60,036 bases of DNA from the IMG/VR virus record IMGVR_UViG_3300020045_001588, positions 1 to 60,036 of that record; one strand, given 5' to 3'. The position numbers were made by a program, and so were the translations under genes. Position 1 is the first letter of the stretch. The number at the start of each line of letters is the position of its first letter. The notes under the pieces are model-generated. The model did not search any database and was not told the DNA's origin. It saw only the letters and a list, made by a program, of their open reading frames with translations. Positions 41,957-52,404 of this stretch are shown here, one piece after another. Source of the DNA: a virus (taxonomy: Duplodnaviria > Caudoviricetes).

Positions 41957-42898
41957 TTATGTAGTTGCAGTGAAACCAAATGCTTTTGATACTGCTACAT
42001 CTGGAGTAGTACCTGACGATGGAATATACAACTGTAAAGTCCAAAGATTCTTATTCGATTTCAATGGAGTCGGAGAAGATTGCTCACGATAGAATGATAG
42101 TTGGTACAGGTTGTAACTCTGCCCAGATACCACAAACTTATTTGGTGAGCCGAAGTCATCTGGACTGAAACCGTTATCTGGGTACTGAGTAGTAACACCT
42201 TCATAGATTAATCCTTCTACCTCAATTTCAGCAACTCTATCACTGTAACCAGAACCTTCTACATACGCTACTGTGCTTTCTGCGACTGTAGCAAACGTAG
42301 AACCTAGTACAGAAGTCTTGAACATTGACTGAAAATACATAGCTGTAATCGTAATTACACCTGCCGCAGAAGTCGCAGTTACAAACGCATCTCCTTGGTC
42401 ATTCGGAATACCTGTTGAGTTAATCGACGCAGTTAAAGCTGTAGCAATTGTAGTTGGAGTATCTCCTGCTTTAATTGTATAGTCGTATTGCTTTGTCGGC
42501 CAGGGCATCGAACCAGGAGTAATTTCTATCACACGTACAGAAATGGAATCTCCAATCTTAAATGCTGTACCAATAACACCAGCAATAGTTACAGTACTCA
42601 CCTGTTTTACTGGTGCTGTGTAACCGATAAACTTAACATTCTTTTTATAGAAGTCAAATGGTAAGCTAAGTTTCGTATCACCGTTTCTTTTTTGGGCAAT
42701 ATAGATTCTAGTGCCGTCGACAATAGCAGCATTAGGTCCAATTCTTGCATGAGTGGTAGCATCAAAAATACCAATTTCTCCATCTACTGCTGTGGTTACA
42801 AAGGTTTTGTAGTCAGCATCGTCTGTGTAAGCTACACCTTTAGCTACTAGGATTTCACCTTGAAAACCTTTGGTTCGTTTAAAAATACGATTTCTCAT
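41957..42898 (-). CDS. Putative auxiliary capsid protein (313 aa)
   Basis: T/A/V-rich beta protein with YTAPVKQVSTVT and TATSAAGVITITA; third gene after MCP; followed by a terminator, as expected for an abundant protein. Confidence 0.55.
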   Translation of the reverse strand: MRNRIFKRTKGFQGEILVAKGVAYTDDADYKTFVTTAVDGEIGIFDATTHARIGPNAAIVDGTRIYIAQKRNGDTKLSLPFDFYKKNVKFIGYTAPVKQVSTVTIAGVIGTAFKIGDSISVRVIEITPGSMPWPTKQYDYTIKAGDTPTTIATALTASINSTGIPNDQGDAFVTATSAAGVITITAMYFQSMFKTSVLGSTFATVAESTVAYVEGSGYSDRVAEIEVEGLIYEGVTTQYPDNGFSPDDFGSPNKFVVSGQSYNLYQLSFYREQSSPTPLKSNKNLWTLQLYIPSSGTTPDVAVSKAFGFTATT

Positions 42899-43971
42899 TT
42901 GTGTCTAAGATTATTTTGAGCGGTAGCCTCATAGGAAGGGTCGCCAATTGTTAATTTGATTTTTTCTACTACGAGACTGCAAATGTCAGGATGTACCGAA
43001 ACTGGCAAGTCACAATTGTAGCCTAAAGCTAAGTTAACAGTTTGAGGTTTCCTAATGTAACTGAGCCTGATATTATTTACTATGAATAAATCGTCGTAAT
43101 AAACTTTGAGAGTTTCGTTTTGAAAGCTTACTAAAGTAGATTTGGATGTGCTCTTTAAGAAAGAACTGCCTCTGTATCTGTTGACTAAATTGGATTTTAC
43201 TAGCCTATTTTCCACAAACAAAGTAGATGCGTATGTCCCTGGGACTTTGATATTCCCATTTGTTACCAATACTGCTGTAGTAGTAAGACCATCAAATGTT
43301 AGAGTTATCGGCTGTAAAGACATACTAGCTACAAAGATTAAACTCTCAGGTAAATACAGATTCTTGTATCTCTCCCAATAAACCTCCACATTGCTAAATT
43401 CTACAGATTGGTTTATAACTAGATAGTTTCTCAAGCATTCTTGAATAACAAAATTCATATCTTTATCTGGTAAAGATACTGGGAACTTTGCATTGGTAGC
43501 TGATGAGCTGTAATTTAGCTGTGCATTCTCATAGAAAGGAGAAGAGGTCTTAGTAGTTTTTGGTACTTTTAGAGAGTACACAAACTCTGGTCTATTTATA
43601 GCCGTCGTTGCCACTGTGAAGGTGGCATCACAATTCCGTACAACTCCAGAAGCTCCATCATCTAGTAGATACATGAAGTTCGCTGGCAGTTGTACGAAGC
43701 TTGTTTTTTCTGTTGGGTATAAATTAGAAAGATGGACAGGCATTACTTTATCCAAAACAATTAATGAGCTTAGAGATGTTAGGTCTACTCCACTTTGCTG
43801 AAAACTCTCCTGCTTTTCATTAGGGTCTATAGTTAGTTTACCATCAATAAACTCCTTTATGGATTTATTAATTAGCCAGTCTATTTCTTCTGGCATAACA
43901 TCCCTTTTTACATTTGAGGAGATATTCTGCAATAACAGATTTATCTCTATGTGCATCTCTAACGCTGTCAT
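42895..43971 (-). CDS. Neck/ring protein (358 aa)
   Basis: MTALEMHIEI...PEEIDWLINK N-terminus and YIRKP...CDLP..VH..I C-terminus, typical of crAss head-tail ring proteins. Confidence 0.7.
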   Translation of the reverse strand: MTALEMHIEINLLLQNISSNVKRDVMPEEIDWLINKSIKEFIDGKLTIDPNEKQESFQQSGVDLTSLSSLIVLDKVMPVHLSNLYPTEKTSFVQLPANFMYLLDDGASGVVRNCDATFTVATTAINRPEFVYSLKVPKTTKTSSPFYENAQLNYSSSATNAKFPVSLPDKDMNFVIQECLRNYLVINQSVEFSNVEVYWERYKNLYLPESLIFVASMSLQPITLTFDGLTTTAVLVTNGNIKVPGTYASTLFVENRLVKSNLVNRYRGSSFLKSTSKSTLVSFQNETLKVYYDDLFIVNNIRLSYIRKPQTVNLALGYNCDLPVSVHPDICSLVVEKIKLTIGDPSYEATAQNNLRHK

Positions 43972-44924
43972 TATTTCTGTGTTTGAATGTTTTTCACGTC
44001 TTTAGATTGCTCTTCAATAACTAGGTATGCAGATTTTGTCTGCTTATCCCACTCTTGAAGTAACCCTCTAAAAGCAATCACTTGCTCACTCATTTTTGGG
44101 TCACGGATGTACGCAACTGCTTCCGCTGCTGTACTACCAATCACTTCTCCACTAGCACCAACTAGAACTCTAGGGCCTGACATCTTGAAGATTTTGGCAT
44201 TCACTAAACGTGTAATCAAGTAAACAGCATCAGTGTTTGGACTTTCTGCATGTTTCAAGAATTTCTCAGGCTCAGTTTCTACAATAGTTCTCAACTTAGA
44301 GTACTCTTTGCCGATAATTGTGCTTGGAGCAATCTGGAATAAAGTCAAGTATTTCAAGATTTCTGCCATGTTATTCTCAATCTCGAATAATTTCTTGAAT
44401 GCCTTATCCTTAACTTTAACTGAGCTGTTAACAAGCTTGATGTCTTCCGATGGATCGAAAATGTAATACTCTTTTAACTGGTTGCCAATTGCTTCTTCAT
44501 AGGTTTTGGCTACGACTTTATGACCAATTACGTGCTTCCACTTAATATAATCAGAGATATTTAGTGGAAGATTATCCTCAGATAGTGGTTTCTTATTATC
44601 CCATAATCCGATTTCCAGTGGTGTACCTCCATTCCCAAACTTATCTGATGGATGTACCTTCGTCTGGATAGCATGGAAGAAATGTGCTACTGATTTTCTA
44701 AAGTCTCTGTCCGAAGCTTCCATGTTTAGGACAATCGGCATTAAGATATTCTGTTCACTCAAAGTTAAACCTGTTCCTGGTTGAGAGCTATTACCTGCCC
44801 AATACGAACCGATAGACCTGTCACCAGTATCAGCGTAAAGTTTCATACCTTCTCCACCAATACTTTCTACAAATGTAGCCTTTCGTCTTAGAAAAACTAC
44901 CCTTGAATTGCTGTCTTCACTCAT
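43971..44924 (-). CDS. Conserved virion protein downstream of MCP (crAss gene-75-like cargo protein)
   Basis: TGLT..E; PLNISDYIKW; IG....EAVAY..DPK motifs; synteny. Confidence 0.65.
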   Translation of the reverse strand: MSEDSNSRVVFLRRKATFVESIGGEGMKLYADTGDRSIGSYWAGNSSQPGTGLTLSEQNILMPIVLNMEASDRDFRKSVAHFFHAIQTKVHPSDKFGNGGTPLEIGLWDNKKPLSEDNLPLNISDYIKWKHVIGHKVVAKTYEEAIGNQLKEYYIFDPSEDIKLVNSSVKVKDKAFKKLFEIENNMAEILKYLTLFQIAPSTIIGKEYSKLRTIVETEPEKFLKHAESPNTDAVYLITRLVNAKIFKMSGPRVLVGASGEVIGSTAAEAVAYIRDPKMSEQVIAFRGLLQEWDKQTKSAYLVIEEQSKDVKNIQTQK

Positions 44925-44953
44925 AATAATAAGTTGTTGGGATTAAATTTTGT

Positions 44954-44961
44954 CAAATATA
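44954..44961 (-). promoter_or_regulatory. Bacteroidota -7 promoter box TATATTTG
   Basis: TAnnTTTG 30 nt upstream of ATG 44924, directly after the MCP terminator. Confidence 0.65.
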
Positions 44962-45003
44962 TAAAATAAAAACCGAATAAGATTTCTCCTACTCGGTTTT
45001 TAT
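44962..45003 (-). terminator. Strong intrinsic terminator after MCP
   Basis: Minus strand ATAAAAACCGAGTAGGA-GAAA-TCTTATTCGGTTTTTAT-TTT: long stem with a GAAA tetraloop and T-tract. Confidence 0.8.
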
Positions 45004-45026
45004 GCACTATCAATTTATCCCAACAA

Positions 45027-46526
45027 CTAAAGTCCTGCTGTACATTGAAGGTCAAATGAACGGTTACCTCTCAACATACAGATACCAGCAGTTTTCAATC
45101 TAGTGTAAGCTGACTCATCTACGTCTGTAGTAAGTAATCCACTTAACTCTGAATTGAATCCGCCTTTGATTTGTAAAGACTTAGGCATTCCTGCGATACC
45201 AGGAATCACACCGTCTAAGAAGCTTCTACCAGTTTGGGCAACGTGCTGAATGTTCGGAGTACCTGAACTATCTGCATCGTCGATGAATACCATACGGTAT
45301 GATTCTAATGGGAACAATGTTTCTGGGTGCAACTTACCACCTACGGCAACTTTACCCATATCAAAAATCGGGTTGTGTTTTACCTTGATTAAGTATCCAT
45401 CAATGTGATACATACCTGAGAAGAAACCTCCCAACATCAAGTCACGTCCTGCACCTGTTACGAATTTCTCAGCAACCCCTGTGAAGTCAGTCAAGATTTT
45501 AGCTCCTGCTTCTTTCATAGCTCTGTCAAATTCACGCATACCACCTTTACCAGTGAATAGTGTGATTGACATACCATCAGTATCAGATTGCCCAAACAAT
45601 GCTGAACCAATTTTAGTCGTAAGAATGTCGTAAGTCAGTCTAGTGTAATATCCTTTGTTTTGGATTTGTTCCAAAATTCCAGAACCACGTGGAATAACTT
45701 TACCTGTCAACAAATCTTTCAATGGAATATTTCCATCTGCTAATCTGTTGTACTTAGAATACCAATAAAGGTGTTCACATTGGTCAAGCCAGCTCTTCTC
45801 GAACTGCCACATGAAGTAGTCCATCCAAACGGATGTTTCTTTTCCACCTGCACCTTTTACAGTAATCTTCATCACCTTGTTAGCAGCATTACCTGCCCAA
45901 GACATACCATGACGTAATACTGTCATTTGGTTTTTGAAAGCACCTGGCATTACCATGTTACTCTCAGTAGTACGTGATTGAGATTCTGCGTTTGCAGTAT
46001 GTAACTCGATCCATTTTGTACCAGCTTGAAGTTCTGTAAGAGGGCAGAAGTCTGTAGCTAATGCAGGGTCAAGTTGACAAGTATATTTGTACAAGTTCCC
46101 TTCTAACTCTGGGTCTTTTAAAATATACGCCTGAATACCACCTTCTGACTGAATGATGTAATGGCGTTTCAACCAGTTATCATTGAAGTACAGATAAAAT
46201 TCACCGTGCCCAATTCCAGGCTTATCACCTGCTGAATACGTAGTGTTAGCCAAAATAGATACTTTAGTATCACGTCCCATAACAGGATAAGTAAACTGAA
46301 TATCTTGTAGCTCGATTGCACTCTTACCCATACCTTTAGAATAACCGATAGCCCCTAGTGTCATAGTGCTAATTGGATAATTTTTGGTATGGTCACCCAT
46401 AATATAGGTCAGTTTCTTCGTCAATTGGTCTGGTGCACCTTGACGTTGATGATAAAAGTTCTGTTCGTCTAGCATAGACTTAGAATCAAAAATCATCTCT
46501 TGGACCTGGTATTTTAATGCGGCCAT
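45027..46526 (-). CDS. Major capsid protein (499 aa)
   Basis: Size; order terminase-portal-acidic protein-MCP; motifs NQMTVLR, GSGILEQI, TGKGGMREF and ESYRMVF as in crAss-like MCPs; followed by a strong terminator. Confidence 0.9.
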   Translation of the reverse strand: MAALKYQVQEMIFDSKSMLDEQNFYHQRQGAPDQLTKKLTYIMGDHTKNYPISTMTLGAIGYSKGMGKSAIELQDIQFTYPVMGRDTKVSILANTTYSAGDKPGIGHGEFYLYFNDNWLKRHYIIQSEGGIQAYILKDPELEGNLYKYTCQLDPALATDFCPLTELQAGTKWIELHTANAESQSRTTESNMVMPGAFKNQMTVLRHGMSWAGNAANKVMKITVKGAGGKETSVWMDYFMWQFEKSWLDQCEHLYWYSKYNRLADGNIPLKDLLTGKVIPRGSGILEQIQNKGYYTRLTYDILTTKIGSALFGQSDTDGMSITLFTGKGGMREFDRAMKEAGAKILTDFTGVAEKFVTGAGRDLMLGGFFSGMYHIDGYLIKVKHNPIFDMGKVAVGGKLHPETLFPLESYRMVFIDDADSSGTPNIQHVAQTGRSFLDGVIPGIAGMPKSLQIKGGFNSELSGLLTTDVDESAYTRLKTAGICMLRGNRSFDLQCTAGL

Positions 46527-46550
46527 GTTAAAATTTGTTTAAGTTAAAAA

Positions 46551-47714
46551 TTAATCTGCATCTACTCCTCCTAGAGTATCGGAGTTATCTTTTGCTTTTG
46601 ATGGTGACGTTTTCGGTACAGTATTCTTTGGTAAGGTTCGTTTTAGCCTTAACACATTTTGTGTCTTAGCTTCTACTGCAACCAAATCCTTCAAATTACC
46701 TTTCTTAAATCCGAAAAACTCTTTCTCAAAAAGCTCTTGTATATTATCATTGGTAACTTTTACAACATACACAAAATCATTACCTGAAATCTGTATGTTC
46801 TTTTTGAACTCGTTAGCGAATGCTGCTTGGTCGGAAGCAGGGATAGTAAGCTTGCCTATTTTTCCCTCTTTAACCACGTTGTCAACATATTTCGACATAT
46901 CCAAGATAGCCTCTTTCTGTTTAGCTATAGCTTTAGCAGTCTCTGCTTCAATTTCTTGGAAGTACTTGTCGTTAGCAGCTTTTTTAGATTTTAGAGCCTC
47001 TTTAGCTAATTCCTCCAACTCATCATCTTCTTTAGCAGCCTTAATAATTAATGCTGCATGTTTGTCAGAAGTGCCTTTAGCTTTTAAGTCCTCCAAAACC
47101 ATAGTCTCCTGAATCTGCTGAGAAGCACTGATTTCCTCTTCTGTAGGTAAGATGTCTACACGTTTACCTGAACCAAAGAACTCTTCTCTGCTACCTCCTG
47201 CTTGAGTGTGTAAGAAGTATGCGTATGAATCTGGATACTTAGCTTTCAAGGTTGCCTCAAACTGAATTACAGCATTAGCCTCTACTGCTGCGTCTCTGAG
47301 TACGATACCTTCTGGAGACATTGGGTCTACATCCCCATATTCTACATCAAGCTCATCCCCTCTTAGAGCAGCTACCTCTGCAAAGAACTTTTCTGCATCT
47401 TCATCCTCTACAGGTACGTCTCCTTCTGTGGCATCCTTATCTGCATCATCTGTTGTCTCCTCTTCCTCCTTATCCTTATCAGCCCCGTCTTTCGGTTTCT
47501 CATTTTTTGGGGCTTCTGGGGTAGGGGGCTTAGGCTTATCAGTGTCAGGGTCATCTAAGGAATCTCCAGCATTTACATCTTCTATGCTCGCTAACGGCTT
47601 TTCGTTAGTTATGTCCGCTGCTACTTCATCGTCGTCTTCTATGTCCTGCAATGAAAGACCAAATCCTGATTGGTCTGCGTCTAAACTTCTGAATAATCTG
47701 AATAATCTGTTCAT
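46551..47714 (-). CDS. Acidic scaffold-like protein (387 aa)
   Basis: Very D/E-rich, disordered N-terminal half and helical C-terminal half; lies between portal and MCP. Confidence 0.7.
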   Translation of the reverse strand: MNRLFRLFRSLDADQSGFGLSLQDIEDDDEVAADITNEKPLASIEDVNAGDSLDDPDTDKPKPPTPEAPKNEKPKDGADKDKEEEETTDDADKDATEGDVPVEDEDAEKFFAEVAALRGDELDVEYGDVDPMSPEGIVLRDAAVEANAVIQFEATLKAKYPDSYAYFLHTQAGGSREEFFGSGKRVDILPTEEEISASQQIQETMVLEDLKAKGTSDKHAALIIKAAKEDDELEELAKEALKSKKAANDKYFQEIEAETAKAIAKQKEAILDMSKYVDNVVKEGKIGKLTIPASDQAAFANEFKKNIQISGNDFVYVVKVTNDNIQELFEKEFFGFKKGNLKDLVAVEAKTQNVLRLKRTLPKNTVPKTSPSKAKDNSDTLGGVDAD

Positions 47715-47727
47715 GGTTGTTGTTGGG

Positions 47728-47735
47728 TCAAAAGT
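47728..47735 (-). promoter_or_regulatory. Bacteroidota -7 promoter box TACTTTTG
   Basis: TAnnTTTG 14 nt upstream of ATG 47714, followed by an ACCCAACAACAACC leader. Confidence 0.55.
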
Positions 47736-47795
47736 ACTGTTTTGTAAGTTGTTGTTAAAATGCTTCTAATGATTTACACTATAGTGTTTTTGTCG

Positions 47796-50234
47796 TTATT
47801 TCTTCTTCTTTTTTGTGGCAGCCGCTCTATTTGCCTGAGTCTTCTTTATCTGAATCTGCTTCTCTGCAATGTTTGCTTTTAGTTGGTGGTCTTTTTCAGC
47901 CATTTTCTTTTTATGAGCATCCATGTCAAAGGCACGTTTCTCTTTAGCTTTTTGGGCTTCAATCTTAGCATCAGTCTCTCTGTTCTTACGGTCATTATCT
48001 AACTGTATCTTCTCAGACTCTGCTGCATATTTCATCATTGCTTCTGTACCGTTAGTCTGCCCATTATCAGTGGTAGCCTCGCTAGTTGCACCTTCTAAAG
48101 CCATATTGATATTACCTTGAATAAGAAGTAAATCCTCCTTACGGTTATACTCTTCGTGCATTTTGTCAATGTCAAGTAATGTGTTAAGTTCAGCAAATCC
48201 CTGAGCCAACTCTAATTTGTTTACTTCTGCTTCCTGCTCACTTTCAGCCATAGCTGCTTCCATTTTCTGCTGTCTTTCCTCTACATTAAGCATCAACTCT
48301 TTCAGTTTAGCAATGTTTGTGGCAGTTTCAATTTCAATGATAGTGGATGGAGTAGCCCCATTTTGTGCAAACGCCTGGCTGTATTCCTTAATCTTCTTGA
48401 GTGCCAGGTTCTCAGTAGTACTGTCTGTCAACATAATACCCATCTGAGCATAGCAATATTCTTCTGGATTTATACTGAGTATTTCTGTTCTACCCTCACT
48501 GCCAACATAGGCTGTACGCTTACCATTTATATTTGCAATTTGGGAACAGTCCAGGAGAGCAGCCAAATCTGTTTTCACAAGTTGGTCAAACTCACTGAAA
48601 ATCATATCTGTGATAATGCTCGATTGGAAAGTAGCCACTTGTATCCCTGTAGCTGAATCCTGCCCAGTAGTCTGCCCCTTAACTTGCTTAGTTATACCCA
48701 GTTGTTCATCATACTGACGCTTACAGAAATCCATAATTTCCATAAGACTGTTAATATGCTCAAACAATGATAAGTCTAATTCCTGGTATTGATTAAAACT
48801 TTTATCAACTCCTTCCTGGCTTCTGTCTACTAGTAACCATCCTTGTGCTTCTGCTAAATGGAAGAATCTTTCCTCAGTCCAGTCTTTACCTTTTGGGATA
48901 GCATTCTTATCCATTATCACTACTTTACCACGAGACTTAGCCATTGTTCTTTCCAATGACCAGGCTGCAACGGTGTACAAAGATTGGAAATTTAATCCAA
49001 GTTTCAGCACTGAAATGTTATCTGCATGTTTATCTGAGAACTTTCTGCCGTTGTAAGGGCCTATAGTTTTTCCCAAATCATTCATAAGTGATGGAGCAAA
49101 TCTCACAGGTCCAGATTCTACATAGATGTCATCGCTTATTCTATACGTCTCCATCCATCTACTTCTCCAATGCCACTCTACAGATTCTCCGAGTTCTGGA
49201 TTAGGTGTATAATCTTCATTGACAATATCCTCTTCAAGATTACCTGTCAACGGATTCCAATATGTCAAGAACCCAAACTTCTCATAACTTCTCCAACACG
49301 TATGATATACAGGAACTTTTCCATATTCGTCAGCCCTACCAACTAATGTGTTCTGGAAATATGCGGGAGATGATTTACCATTCTCGTTTTCTAGATTGTC
49401 AATATCTCTGGAGTTCAGCGTATCATAGAATCTGTCTACGCAGTCTGGAACAGCCATCATGATTCTTCTAACTGTCCATGAAGCGTCTTGTACATACTTC
49501 ACATCAGGAGAATAATCCCAATCGAACTCCATCGGGTCAACTGCTTCATATATTACCTGGTCTCTCAAAACATTACGATATGAGTATGCTTCCCCCGCAA
49601 TCAACCAGTGCAACATATTATCATTGATTTTCTCCTTTATCTTCTGGTCTTCCATAGTAAGATTCAAATCAGTTTGGGCTTGCACCGCTAATATGTTCTT
49701 ATATGTACCTTTGAATTTCTGAGAAACTTCCTCTGGCAATTCCGCCTCCTTACTCTCTACACCAGTATCCAGTGTAGGTTCTTTCTTGGCATTTTCATTT
49801 ACGGTATTAATGAAAATTTGTCCCAAACTCTTATAAATAGACTGCTTCTGTGCCTCTAGATACGCATTATATCCGTCCTCCCCTTGCACTGTGACCTGGT
49901 AATTGAATGGGCGTTTTGGGTATTCTCCCCTCAGGTATTCTATATTAGGTCTGAGGATATTCATAGCCCTAATCTTAGCAGGCCAACTCTTTGAACCAGA
50001 ATTAAATGGGTCTGTAATGTGCTTGAACCATTCTACAGGATATTCAGAGTTGTATGCTTTGTATAGAGCAGATAGTATTTTCTTCTTGTTGTTTGTGTTA
50101 CCGTCGCTCCCAAAACAAGAATTACTTATTCTATAGTCTGCATTATCCTTAAACCATTGGTAATCATTCTTGACCTTTTCAGCCCAAGATATTTTCTGTA
50201 ATGGCACACCGCCTATACCTGATTTTGTCTCCAT
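47796..50234 (-). CDS. Portal protein (~812 aa)
   Basis: Directly after terminase; NILRPNIEYLRGE..KRPF, VYHTCWRS and QLGITKQVKGQ motifs; coiled-coil C-terminus. Likely start ATG 50234. Confidence 0.88.
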   Translation of the reverse strand: METKSGIGGVPLQKISWAEKVKNDYQWFKDNADYRISNSCFGSDGNTNNKKKILSALYKAYNSEYPVEWFKHITDPFNSGSKSWPAKIRAMNILRPNIEYLRGEYPKRPFNYQVTVQGEDGYNAYLEAQKQSIYKSLGQIFINTVNENAKKEPTLDTGVESKEAELPEEVSQKFKGTYKNILAVQAQTDLNLTMEDQKIKEKINDNMLHWLIAGEAYSYRNVLRDQVIYEAVDPMEFDWDYSPDVKYVQDASWTVRRIMMAVPDCVDRFYDTLNSRDIDNLENENGKSSPAYFQNTLVGRADEYGKVPVYHTCWRSYEKFGFLTYWNPLTGNLEEDIVNEDYTPNPELGESVEWHWRSRWMETYRISDDIYVESGPVRFAPSLMNDLGKTIGPYNGRKFSDKHADNISVLKLGLNFQSLYTVAAWSLERTMAKSRGKVVIMDKNAIPKGKDWTEERFFHLAEAQGWLLVDRSQEGVDKSFNQYQELDLSLFEHINSLMEIMDFCKRQYDEQLGITKQVKGQTTGQDSATGIQVATFQSSIITDMIFSEFDQLVKTDLAALLDCSQIANINGKRTAYVGSEGRTEILSINPEEYCYAQMGIMLTDSTTENLALKKIKEYSQAFAQNGATPSTIIEIETATNIAKLKELMLNVEERQQKMEAAMAESEQEAEVNKLELAQGFAELNTLLDIDKMHEEYNRKEDLLLIQGNINMALEGATSEATTDNGQTNGTEAMMKYAAESEKIQLDNDRKNRETDAKIEAQKAKEKRAFDMDAHKKKMAEKDHQLKANIAEKQIQIKKTQANRAAATKKKKK

Positions 50235-50249
50235 CGTATTAGTTTTTAG

Positions 50250-50257
50250 CAAATATA
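50250..50257 (-). promoter_or_regulatory. Bacteroidota -7 promoter box TATATTTG
   Basis: In the gap between the terminase stop and the portal ATG. Confidence 0.6.
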
Positions 50258-50259
50258 CT

Positions 50260-52371
50260 TTAACCCATTAATAATTGATCCAAAGTTACATAAGTATTAT
50301 TATCCTCATTACCTCTATGGTATTCCTCCGAATATAACGCTTGAAGTATAGACGGTGACATAGGCTCTTCTTTCTTAGGAGTAAACGCTTCCTGTTCCTG
50401 TAACATGTACATACCTACACATAATGCAGAGAGTCGGTCGAAGTTTTTCTTCGGGTCTGGATTGTACTTGATAATCTCCCTCAGTAATCCTACATCGTAA
50501 ATCATGTGGATGTTCAATACAGGCTCACCATGCTCATTCAGACCTCTGACTTTACATAACCAGTTGGCTATATAACTGAAACCATTCTTCTTCTCACCAG
50601 TAGAGATGTTCATGAAGATGGTTCTGTTTTTCTGTACTACCTCATCCTCTTTGTTTGTGAGGATTCTAGGAGCAGAGCAAGCCATACTCAGTAATTTCTC
50701 TTGTTTGAGGTACGAGAAGAGACCTTGACCACCACCTGCAATCTCTGATTGTATCTTAGAGTTGTACATCTTAGCCAAGAGTACAGTATTCCTGTAGCAG
50801 ATGTGCAAGTCCTCAGGTCTACCAATGTAGTTAGCTACTATGGTGTCGCCATAAGCATCCCCAAAACTTTTCTGCTTGATTACATAGGCTGCCCATAACG
50901 ATGTCTTATCCTCAGCTTGGTCTTTATAGTAAGGATCGACTACAGTTATATACCTATTTTCTTGAATCACTCCATACCTATCCTTATCTGGAGGAAAGAA
51001 TATAGAGACTCCTCCCTCTAACTTATCATCGTTCTTATGAGGATACTTGAGGATAGGGAATATCTGATTTGACGGTCTAAACTCGACTTTTCTAGGACCT
51101 TGGAACAGTACCCCATGAAGAATAGCAGACTGAATCTCTATGTTTTTCTCTACTTTTCTCAATTGTGCCTGAGCTTCTGCCACTGGCATGATAGTAGATG
51201 ACAAACGGTTGAGTGCTTCCGAAGGATTTCTTGGAAATTCTGCTATAACTCTGTCTAATTGTTTTGGGTCACGTAATTTCTTCTTCTTAGCTCTTCTTGC
51301 ATCATCGAAAGCGGTAACAGCAGGCATGTCTATGTTACCATCTGCATCCATAAAGCTCTCATTTGCTTTGGTACATGGCACAAAGTAACCGCATACTGTA
51401 TCTTCCATCCCAGATTCCCAGATATTGTTGAACTCCAACATATCATAAGCCTCTGGTTCTGAGAAGATTTCCTCTAATCCTTCAATATCTGGACCTTCTT
51501 CCCCGCCAGTCCCAAACACAGAGATTTGACCTGTCATTGTAGCACCGTCTCTGGTAGAAGGTACTGAGATTTCTAAGGCTGCTTTGAGGTTTTTGAATGA
51601 CCCTGCCTCTTCATACGTAATCTTGATACCATCTTTACCACGAACCTTGTCTGGATCGTCGATGATTACTCCAATAATTTCAGACTTATAACCACGTGGG
51701 TCTTTGTTCTTATCGTAGTAAGAAGCTTTCCGATGCAACATAGTGTTATGTTCCATGCGGTTCTTTCTCCAATAGTTTTGGGTATTGGTATCTAAGTGTG
51801 ATAGATAATCAGTCACCTTATTCAAGATACCATCGACTGTAAGATACTCACGTTTTGAGGCAAAGTAGTAGCTCTTACTATTTGCAATGAAGTTATAGTT
51901 GTAGACACCATCAGCAGCTTCCTTGTATGAGAATCCTGCTCTACGTGCTTTTAAGCAACATAAGTTTTTTCCTTCTGTGTAATCTTTAATAGGTAATCCT
52001 TCAATCTGTAATTTTGCTACTTCCTCCTTACTCATGCCCTTCATGGCAATCTCCTTAGCCCACCACCAGTCATAGTCAATAGCCCAAAAAGAAGGAAAGA
52101 GGAGTTCCTTAGGACGCATAACATTCCAAGTACCCTCCTCTTTTTTAGCGGTTTTCTTAATAGGACAAAAGTTCAAATAGAAGTAGTGTCTGCCTGTTAT
52201 CCTAGTATCTCCTACTGAATAACCCTCCAAACATCTACGTTTATGTTCTGCCCAGTATTCTTTATAATCCAGAGTTCCTTTCGGTGCTTTGGTATATACA
52301 CCACCATTTCTTTTGAAGTCATTAGCGGCTTCTGAGAAATAAGATGTATTTGCGAAGGTCTTTAAACTCAT
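50260..52371 (-). CDS. terL: Terminase large subunit (~703 aa)
   Basis: ITGRHYFYLNF; Walker A-like KARRAGFS; Walker B YEEAG; GTGG coupling motif; nuclease VDPY and NFDR motifs. Likely start ATG 52371. Confidence 0.93.
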   Translation of the reverse strand: MSLKTFANTSYFSEAANDFKRNGGVYTKAPKGTLDYKEYWAEHKRRCLEGYSVGDTRITGRHYFYLNFCPIKKTAKKEEGTWNVMRPKELLFPSFWAIDYDWWWAKEIAMKGMSKEEVAKLQIEGLPIKDYTEGKNLCCLKARRAGFSYKEAADGVYNYNFIANSKSYYFASKREYLTVDGILNKVTDYLSHLDTNTQNYWRKNRMEHNTMLHRKASYYDKNKDPRGYKSEIIGVIIDDPDKVRGKDGIKITYEEAGSFKNLKAALEISVPSTRDGATMTGQISVFGTGGEEGPDIEGLEEIFSEPEAYDMLEFNNIWESGMEDTVCGYFVPCTKANESFMDADGNIDMPAVTAFDDARRAKKKKLRDPKQLDRVIAEFPRNPSEALNRLSSTIMPVAEAQAQLRKVEKNIEIQSAILHGVLFQGPRKVEFRPSNQIFPILKYPHKNDDKLEGGVSIFFPPDKDRYGVIQENRYITVVDPYYKDQAEDKTSLWAAYVIKQKSFGDAYGDTIVANYIGRPEDLHICYRNTVLLAKMYNSKIQSEIAGGGQGLFSYLKQEKLLSMACSAPRILTNKEDEVVQKNRTIFMNISTGEKKNGFSYIANWLCKVRGLNEHGEPVLNIHMIYDVGLLREIIKYNPDPKKNFDRLSALCVGMYMLQEQEAFTPKKEEPMSPSILQALYSEEYHRGNEDNNTYVTLDQLLMG

Positions 52372-52389
52372 AGCTTTGTCGGGAAAATC

Positions 52390-52397
52390 CAAAGCTA
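52390..52397 (-). promoter_or_regulatory. Bacteroidota -7 promoter box TAGCTTTG
   Basis: TAnnTTTG 19 nt upstream of the terminase ATG. Confidence 0.5.
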
Positions 52398-52404
52398 CTA
52401 AAGA

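Noticed and set aside
50260-52371. Intron or intein in terminase, MCP or RNAP
   Set aside because: The ORFs are continuous, terminase and MCP have normal lengths, and I saw no intein termini or homing-endonuclease motifs.
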